Below, in pieces: positions 57,781 to 64,000 of a stretch of DNA of 64,000 bases. The first letter of the stretch is position 1; each line of letters starts with the position of its first letter. Location: IMG/VR virus record IMGVR_UViG_3300035661_000005, one strand, 5' to 3'. This DNA is from a virus. Taxonomy: Duplodnaviria > Caudoviricetes. The notes under the pieces were generated by a model. It had not been told where the DNA came from. It saw only the letters and a program-made list of their open reading frames with translations, and ran no database searches. The translations under genes and the position numbers were made by a program.

Positions 57781-60700
57781 TGTCGGTCTTCGACCAGGCG
57801 ATCTACACGAGTGACCCCGCGATCCTTCAGCGGAGCATCTTCACGGACAAGGGGCCGATCGCCCGTCCTCCGCTGACGCTTCGTTCCGGCTCGGGCGCCT
57901 CCATCGTAGACGCGACCACGATCAACATGCCGGGGGGCCTCTTGTCCACGGATGTCGTGGGCCGTTACGTCCGTCTCGTGGGTTCGACCTTGAACGACGG
58001 AGAGTACCTCATCACGTCGATCGTGTCCGCCACGCGCCTCAAGGTGAGGGCGAGCTTCACGGTTCCAGACCCCTCGGTCATCGCTTGGACCATCTACAAC
58101 CCCCGTGATGGGGAGATCGCCGACGATCCCAGTCACGTGGTGGTGCGCGTCAACGGTGTCCCTACCCCCGCGGAAGCAGTCATCGGCCTCCTAGGCCAGA
58201 TCGTCCTACCCTCCGCACCGGGGCCAGCGGACGACGTGAAGGTCGACTACTACTGGGTACGCAACCCGACGATCGAAGTCGTCCGCTTGAACAGCAAGGA
58301 GTTTCGGTTCAACAATTGGAACCGGGACCAGGGGCGGCCGACCGATGCCTCAGGGCACAAGTACCGCTACAACAACGTCCTCATCACGTCGAGCGCCTAC
58401 ACGCCATCGACCTCCATTCAGGCTGGTACGGGGGCCACGGTCGTCAACGCGAGCACCATCGACCTCGCGGGGGCCAATGTACTCGCAGGCTTCACGGGCC
58501 TGACGCTCCAGCTACTGAGCGGGACCACCTGGACCAGCTGGCGGATCGAGTCCGTGGTCAGCTCGACGAGGGTGACGGTCAGCCCGGGAGTCCTCGTCGG
58601 CCCGTACACCACGTGGAAGATCGTCGATCGCCAGAGTGCCGATGCTGCACCCTACGGGCAACCGACTGAGCGAAGTCTGCACTACCGGGCCTTCGAGCGG
58701 GCGTACACGCCGGTCTTCAACGACCCTAACCTGCTCGTCTTCAACAGCCCGAACCACAGGATCGCCTACCCGCCCCTCCAGCGGCAGATCGACCCGACCT
58801 TCGTCTCCTATCAGCCAACGGCCCTGCCGGAGAACGACCCCACGGCGCCTTGGGCGCGGGTCGGATCCGGCACGGCCTCCACCGTCTCGAACGAGCTGGT
58901 CGTCGGAGACACCATCGGGTCAGGTCCGACCGGGCAGATCTTCTGGACGCGGGGCATCGATCTGACGTTCCCGCACGTCTTCGCCATCGCCTGGATGATG
59001 ACCCTCTACGCCACTACGGCCACGGAGGGGGTATTCACCGGCATCGCCGCAGGCTACGCGACGGACCTCCGCGTTTGCGTCGTAGGCTTCTTGATCGACG
59101 GTGGGGTCAAGAAGTTCGGCGTCCTCAAGAAGGGGCATGGCAACGACCCCAGCACGATGGATGCGTGGGTCGCCACGGCGGAGATCGATTGGGACACCCT
59201 CCACAGCTACCGAATCTTCCGGGCGAAGGACGGTACGGTCACGGTCTTCGTCGATGGGGATGTCCTACCGACCCTGACGGTCCACGAGGACGATCTACCC
59301 TACCTGGCGGAGCTGGACGCTCCCTTCGTGGCGGCACAGCAGGCCTTCTGGGGCAGCATCTCGACCCCGGCCGTGAACCTGTCCATATGGGACTTCGTTC
59401 GATACCAGATCCTGCCGCTCAACCCGTACCAGACGGCGCCCAGTTCGTTCGCGAGCTACGAGGGGACCACCATCCCAGAGGATGCGCCCCAGCCCTGGAC
59501 CCCGGTCGGCTTCCATGGGACCGAGACGATCCAGGCGGACAACTTCCTGCTCCTGGACTCCACGAGTGCTACCGACGAGGCCACGGAATCCCAAGTGGGC
59601 CTCATGGGAGGCGACTTCCGGGGCTACATGCGGATCGAGCCGCTTCTCTCGGCGGCCTCGGAATTCTCCTACGACATTGACTTCCAGGGGCGTACGGAGA
59701 CGCACGGGATCGCGCCGAATGCGATCATGGCGGCGGTCGACGACGGCAGCTTCCTAATCCAGCTCTCGTTCCTCACGGACAAGCCGGCTCCGAAGTTCAG
59801 CTATGGCGGTCGGGTCCTTCCGGAGGATGCAGCGCCCGTCCCGTGGCATTCCATGGGTGGCTCACCTGCTGCCATGATCGGGAGACTCCTGCGGATCTCG
59901 GACGCCAACACGATGGACGGCCGGGTCTACTACGTGGACGACATGGAGCTTTCCACGTCGGCGAACCGCGTGGCCTCCTCGTCGAACCAGTACATTTTGG
60001 AGTCCCGTTGTCAGGTGCTGTCCTACACGGTTGACCCCTCGGGCTTCGCGGGGGCCTTCGGTTCGGTTTACGATAGCGCTCGGTCTCTGGGCTTCATGCT
60101 CCTCGACGTGGGCGGGGTGCGCTCGGTTGCCCTGCATTCGGAGGGGTCGATCGTGGCGACCTTCCCCTTCGAATGGTTCGACGGGGAACCGCACACCTAC
60201 CGCCTCAACGTGACGCCCGGAGCGCCGGGGAACGTGGCGCTTCTCGTGGATGGCGTGCTGATCGGGACGGCCTTCTACACGGACTTCGGGGTGCCACCGG
60301 CCAGCGTGACGGGGCTCTACTCGTTCGGGTCGGCCACGCCCGCCAGCATGCTCGCCGAGAGCGTGGTCGACTGGTACTACACGAACGTCTGGCGGGTTTG
60401 GCCCTCCAAGAGGCGCTACGTTGGCCTTTGGCGAGGGACCGACCCGACCAGCCTCACGGGCTACCACCTGCCCCTGAAAGCCGCTGGGAGGGACGCTGGC
60501 GTCGCCGGCAACGTCCTCACGGACCCGATCGCCAACTTCCTCTCTGCTGGTATCGTCCCTGGTGACCTCCTGGTCGTGGACTCTGGTGACAACAAGGGCA
60601 CCTACGAGATCTCGGCCGTCATGGCGACCCAGCTCGTTGTGAACGTGGCGACGCCCTTTCCCGTCTACCCGGAGACGGTCAGCTACCGGGTGCCCAAGGA

Positions 60701-61892
60701 GACCGACTGGTCCACCTACCATCGCTACCGGATCGCCCGGTTCCCGAGCGGAGGGGTCAGCATCTTCCTCGACACGGAGCCCACGCCGCTCATCGAGGTC
60801 GGTTACAACCAGATGGACCTCCCCTCCCGGTACGTTGGCCTTCCAGTCGTCATCGCTGGGGGTCTTCCGGCCATGGTCTGGGGTGCGCTGGACCCCACGA
60901 ACCTGTCCCAGACGAGCTGGGACTACGTGCGCTATGGGATCATCCGGCCGCCATCGGAGATGCAGATCGCACCGCACCACCAGATCCTGAATCAGCGGAA
61001 CGTGATGGGGAGCCCGGAGCACCTACGCACGACAATCCCGCACGCCCACACGGACTTCTGGTCGAGCAACACGGGGATCCCGCCACAGACGGCGCCGGAC
61101 TTCTACACGAACCCTGGGCTCACGGCGTATACGAAGCTGAACGAGGGGACGCCGCTGGTACCCTCGACGCAGACGTCCGAGGTCCGTGGGCCAACCCCCG
61201 TGCGGGAATTCATCGCCTCCTTCAACAGTCCTGGGAAGCTGCTCAACTCTCAGGGCTTCACGATGAACGATGGGGCGACTCAGTGGAGGCTCCTCGTGCC
61301 CGACGACGTGCTCTACAACTCGCTCCAGGTCATTACGGAGTCGACAGGTGAGGACGGGCACATCGCGCCCTTCAACGATGACTGCCAGCCGGATTTCGGT
61401 ACGATCTACTACCAGAAGCGCGTCTGCCTGGAGTACGACGGCTCGGTCCTACCCGAGAACGCGCCGGACCAGCCGACCCCGTGGGTCATGGCGGCGGACA
61501 ACCCGATCCACGTGAACCGTTCGGCCTTCTCGGGGGTCCTGACTTTCGGGACGGACCCGACGGGCACCAGGGCGGTCTACCGGAATGCGACGCCGCTTCC
61601 GGACGCCCCTGGACTGATGACTCAGATCACCTTCCGCATGAAGGTCGTCTCCGACGCCTCGTTCGGCCTGGGGGACTCGCAGGTGCGCCTGGGCTTCTCG
61701 GCCATCGGTATGACCCTGTCCTTGGCGTTCGTCACCTCTCCCATCGGTGACCGCTACGTCCTCGTAGTCGACCAGAATGCGCTCGTGGTGCTAGGAGGGA
61801 TCCGATTCGATTGGCTCGACGGTGCCTTCCATACGTATCGGATCACCAGGGATCCAGGCGCCGCCCATGTCTCTGTTTCGGTGGATAGCTGA
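57780..61892 (+). CDS. Baseplate/fibre protein with four tandem concanavalin-like lectin-fold domains
   Basis: Four PE..P..PW starts each followed by W...H[ST]YR[IL]...V.V.VDG-like ends. Confidence 0.6.
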   Translation: MSVFDQAIYTSDPAILQRSIFTDKGPIARPPLTLRSGSGASIVDATTINMPGGLLSTDVVGRYVRLVGSTLNDGEYLITSIVSATRLKVRASFTVPDPSVIAWTIYNPRDGEIADDPSHVVVRVNGVPTPAEAVIGLLGQIVLPSAPGPADDVKVDYYWVRNPTIEVVRLNSKEFRFNNWNRDQGRPTDASGHKYRYNNVLITSSAYTPSTSIQAGTGATVVNASTIDLAGANVLAGFTGLTLQLLSGTTWTSWRIESVVSSTRVTVSPGVLVGPYTTWKIVDRQSADAAPYGQPTERSLHYRAFERAYTPVFNDPNLLVFNSPNHRIAYPPLQRQIDPTFVSYQPTALPENDPTAPWARVGSGTASTVSNELVVGDTIGSGPTGQIFWTRGIDLTFPHVFAIAWMMTLYATTATEGVFTGIAAGYATDLRVCVVGFLIDGGVKKFGVLKKGHGNDPSTMDAWVATAEIDWDTLHSYRIFRAKDGTVTVFVDGDVLPTLTVHEDDLPYLAELDAPFVAAQQAFWGSISTPAVNLSIWDFVRYQILPLNPYQTAPSSFASYEGTTIPEDAPQPWTPVGFHGTETIQADNFLLLDSTSATDEATESQVGLMGGDFRGYMRIEPLLSAASEFSYDIDFQGRTETHGIAPNAIMAAVDDGSFLIQLSFLTDKPAPKFSYGGRVLPEDAAPVPWHSMGGSPAAMIGRLLRISDANTMDGRVYYVDDMELSTSANRVASSSNQYILESRCQVLSYTVDPSGFAGAFGSVYDSARSLGFMLLDVGGVRSVALHSEGSIVATFPFEWFDGEPHTYRLNVTPGAPGNVALLVDGVLIGTAFYTDFGVPPASVTGLYSFGSATPASMLAESVVDWYYTNVWRVWPSKRRYVGLWRGTDPTSLTGYHLPLKAAGRDAGVAGNVLTDPIANFLSAGIVPGDLLVVDSGDNKGTYEISAVMATQLVVNVATPFPVYPETVSYRVPKETDWSTYHRYRIARFPSGGVSIFLDTEPTPLIEVGYNQMDLPSRYVGLPVVIAGGLPAMVWGALDPTNLSQTSWDYVRYGIIRPPSEMQIAPHHQILNQRNVMGSPEHLRTTIPHAHTDFWSSNTGIPPQTAPDFYTNPGLTAYTKLNEGTPLVPSTQTSEVRGPTPVREFIASFNSPGKLLNSQGFTMNDGATQWRLLVPDDVLYNSLQVITESTGEDGHIAPFNDDCQPDFGTIYYQKRVCLEYDGSVLPENAPDQPTPWVMAADNPIHVNRSAFSGVLTFGTDPTGTRAVYRNATPLPDAPGLMTQITFRMKVVSDASFGLGDSQVRLGFSAIGMTLSLAFVTSPIGDRYVLVVDQNALVVLGGIRFDWLDGAFHTYRITRDPGAAHVSVSVDS

Positions 61893-61894
61893 CC

Positions 61895-63124
61895 ATGTAC
61901 GGAAGATTCGGCCTAGACCCCCTCGGCTACTCTCCCTACGGCGGCGGCGTCCTGTCGTTCCGGGTTGTCGGAGCCACCGCTCTACACCCGTACGCGGTCG
62001 TCGTTCAGTTCAACTACCCGATCGATGTCACGTACGCGCCGTACCTGGACACGGCCAACTACACGATTCCCGGCCTGACCGTTTCTGGGGTGGTCTTCGA
62101 GAGCCAGGTCGCGGTAAGGCTCTTCACCTCGGAGCAGCTCTACGACGTCTACACGGTTACGGTCGGTCAGGCGCAGGCCCTGAACGGGGTCCATCTCGAT
62201 GTCCTCTTCAAAGAGGCACAGTTCACGGGCGTCAGCGGCGGGCCGAAGTTCTACGCGGTGGCCTTGACGCCGAACCGCGTCCGTCTCGTCTTCAGCGAGG
62301 CCATGCGTCAGGACGCAAACCTGACGGACCCGACCAACTACACGCTGAAGGGCATCCAGGGCGGGGTGATCGGGATCGACACCGTCACGGAGGAGCAGTC
62401 GACCAACGTCCTCTCGCTGGTCCTGACGACGACCGCACCGCTGCACACGACCGACTGGTACGCGGTCAGGGTCAGCAGTGATGTCAAGACCATCTCTGGC
62501 CTGTCGATCGAACCGAACACGCAGGTATTCCAGTGGATTCAGGCGCCGCTTCGAGCTGAGATCGGCCTCGACAAGTTCACGGGAGAGGTGCGGGGTGGCC
62601 TCTTTGGAACCCCCGAGGGCCTGGTCTTCTTCAGCCCGGCGCTCGATGTCCCAGCAGCCAACTCGGTCATTCAAATCGACGAGGTGGACGTCTGCACCCG
62701 GGCGTTCGACGTCTACACACCCCCAGAGATCCCGGATCCTCCGGTCCTCTTCACGTACAGGGCGGGTGTCTCGCCCCCGGTCATTGGTGGCGGCTGCGTC
62801 CTATGGGCGCCCCTGCCGCGGCTTTCGGAGGCACGGCTCGACCTTGCGCTGAAGCCCTCGGATGTAGTACGGCACGCCGAGGATGGCCCGGCGGCGTTCA
62901 CCTTCCGGGAGCCCTGGGATCATGCGTACGTCTCGCTCCTGAACAACCCCGCCTGGAGCCTATACGACGGCACCCTTCGGACCGGGCCGGCGTACACCTT
63001 CAAGACGGCGTCGAACTTGGCGCCCATCCCCCCGGGGCCGAATACGACGATCGTCGTGGAGTCCGCCACGACTGCCGCCATGTCCGCCGACTCCCAGGTC
63101 ACGGGATCTCTGCAAGTCGCCTGA
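61895..63124 (+). CDS. Virion protein with two Ig-like domains
   Basis: ATALHPYAVVVQFNYP...DTANYTI and AVALTPNRVRLVFSE...DPTNYTL duplicated Ig-like pattern. Confidence 0.6.
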   Translation: MYGRFGLDPLGYSPYGGGVLSFRVVGATALHPYAVVVQFNYPIDVTYAPYLDTANYTIPGLTVSGVVFESQVAVRLFTSEQLYDVYTVTVGQAQALNGVHLDVLFKEAQFTGVSGGPKFYAVALTPNRVRLVFSEAMRQDANLTDPTNYTLKGIQGGVIGIDTVTEEQSTNVLSLVLTTTAPLHTTDWYAVRVSSDVKTISGLSIEPNTQVFQWIQAPLRAEIGLDKFTGEVRGGLFGTPEGLVFFSPALDVPAANSVIQIDEVDVCTRAFDVYTPPEIPDPPVLFTYRAGVSPPVIGGGCVLWAPLPRLSEARLDLALKPSDVVRHAEDGPAAFTFREPWDHAYVSLLNNPAWSLYDGTLRTGPAYTFKTASNLAPIPPGPNTTIVVESATTAAMSADSQVTGSLQVA

Positions 63125-63202
63125 TTTTTCAGCCGTCCCACGTGGTCCCACAAGCCGGCGAGGTTCCACTTATCGGAGCCCCACTGTTGCAGAGGAGATC
63201 GC

Positions 63203-63847
63203 ATGAAAAACGGTGAGCGTTTTCCCACCCCCCAAGCCGCCAAGCCCTCGTTCGCGCTAGGTACCCGCTTCGAGGAGTCTGAAGGGTACAAGATCAGGGG
63301 CGATGTCTTCATCAAGATGCACGACGCCCGGACGGGTGAGCTTCAGCACGAGTGGGAGAAGCGGAACCTCGTCGTCATGGACGCGAGCATCCTCATCGCC
63401 CGTCTCATGAAGGACAACTCGGAGCCGCCGTTCGGGGCTTTCGCCCTAGCGGTCGGGACCGGGGATGTCGGCTGGAATCCTCTGGCTCCGCCGGCACCGA
63501 CGAAGACCCAGCGGGCGCTCTACTCGGAGCTGAGCCGCAAGAGGTTCGCACGGACGGAGTTCATCGACGGTGGCGGCGCACCGATCGCCTCGCCGACGAA
63601 CGTCGTGGACTTCACGACGATCTTCACGGAGTCCGAGGCAGTCGGCCCCCTCGTGGAGATGGGGCTCATCGGCGGCAACGTTTCTACGAACCTGGCGGTG
63701 CGTAACCCGGTCTCCCCGCCCAATGGTCCGTACGACCCGCTCGTCGACCTGACGACCCGGGAGACGCTCATCAACTATTTGTGCTTCCCTATTATCAGCA
63801 AACCTGCTACCTCGACCCTCACGGTCATCTGGCGACTGACCTTCTGA
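63203..63847 (+). CDS. Tail-fibre attachment/collar protein (P2 gpH N-terminal-like)
   Basis: RNLVV...FALAVGTGD...LYSELSRK...FTTIFTESEAVGPLVEMGLIG...ISKPATSTLTVIWRLTF; SD GAGGAG. Confidence 0.65.
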   Translation: MKNGERFPTPQAAKPSFALGTRFEESEGYKIRGDVFIKMHDARTGELQHEWEKRNLVVMDASILIARLMKDNSEPPFGAFALAVGTGDVGWNPLAPPAPTKTQRALYSELSRKRFARTEFIDGGGAPIASPTNVVDFTTIFTESEAVGPLVEMGLIGGNVSTNLAVRNPVSPPNGPYDPLVDLTTRETLINYLCFPIISKPATSTLTVIWRLTF

Positions 63848-63854
63848 GGGAGCC

Positions 63855-64000
63855 ATGCCGCACAAAGATCCGATCGAAAAGAACGCCTATCACCGGGCGT
63901 ACTACCGTGAGCACAAGGACGTGCTCAACGGTCGCATGGTCATTGCGAACAAACGTCGTCGGCACGACCGCTACGCTGAGATCCAGAAGCTCAAGTCGGA
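63855..64000 (+). CDS. 5' part of a basic protein, possibly an HNH endonuclease (truncated by window end)
   Basis: MPHKDPIEKNAYHRAYYREHKD...; SD GAGGGAG; such N-termini often precede HNH domains but the domain is not visible. Confidence 0.45.
   Translation, partial: MPHKDPIEKNAYHRAYYREHKDVLNGRMVIANKRRRHDRYAEIQKLKS

Noticed and set aside
10970-61022. Many long minus-strand and alternate-frame ORFs in the track (e.g. 10970..12049, 15634..17133, 19926..21773, 22503..23849, 53903..55342, 59862..61022)
   Set aside because: They are shadows of well-supported + strand genes, expected with strong GC3 bias; Arg/Gly-rich with no motifs or RBS
1-64000. Interpretation as an eCIS/tailocin locus
   Set aside because: Adaptor, head-closure and Ne1-like neck genes, a homing-type endonuclease and an intein helicase point to a capsid-bearing phage; not formally excluded because capsid genes are outside the window
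1-64000. Stop-codon reassignment, as seen in some jumbo phages
   Set aside because: Genes up to 2047 aa are intact under the standard code, and TGA, TAA and TAG all end genes (the sheath ends in TAG)
1-64000. CRISPR array, tRNA, rRNA or diversity-generating retroelement
   Set aside because: No regularly spaced direct repeats, cloverleaf, rRNA-like tract, reverse transcriptase or TR/VR pair noticed by eye; a tRNA scan would be needed to be certain

Overview
This window is a 64-kb slice of the virion-morphogenesis region of a large, GC-rich contractile-tailed phage or prophage, probably jumbo-class. Almost all real genes are on the + strand and are translationally coupled (ATGA/TGATG overlaps). 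Gene order: fibre/collar-like genes; neck genes (adaptor, head-closure, Ne1-like, tail terminator); a very large 1428-aa tail sheath; a ~9.4-kb non-structural block; tail tube; two chaperones; tape measure; two tube-initiator paralogues (one with a lytic transglycosylase); hub; spike; large baseplate proteins; gp25-, J- and I-like wedge proteins; lectin-like fibre/adhesin proteins. No capsid, portal or terminase gene lies in the window. Most unusual: (1) an actin-fold ATPase, a Dps-like ferritin and an unlisted 34-aa micro-ORF inside the neck operon; (2) a recurring [RK]-x-A-[SA] motif near the ends of non-structural proteins, possibly a head-packaging or protease-processing signal; (3) a UvrD helicase split in motif III by an intein whose nuclease looks GIY-YIG-like rather than LAGLIDADG; (4) a free-standing homing-endonuclease-like gene with a near-consensus sigma70 promoter, leaderless start and palindromic operator; (5) two related structured intergenic elements in tail-gene leaders, plus RBS-occluding hairpins; (6) a three-repeat non-PAAR candidate spike tip. 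All protein assignments rest on motif recognition and synteny by eye; no database search was run.
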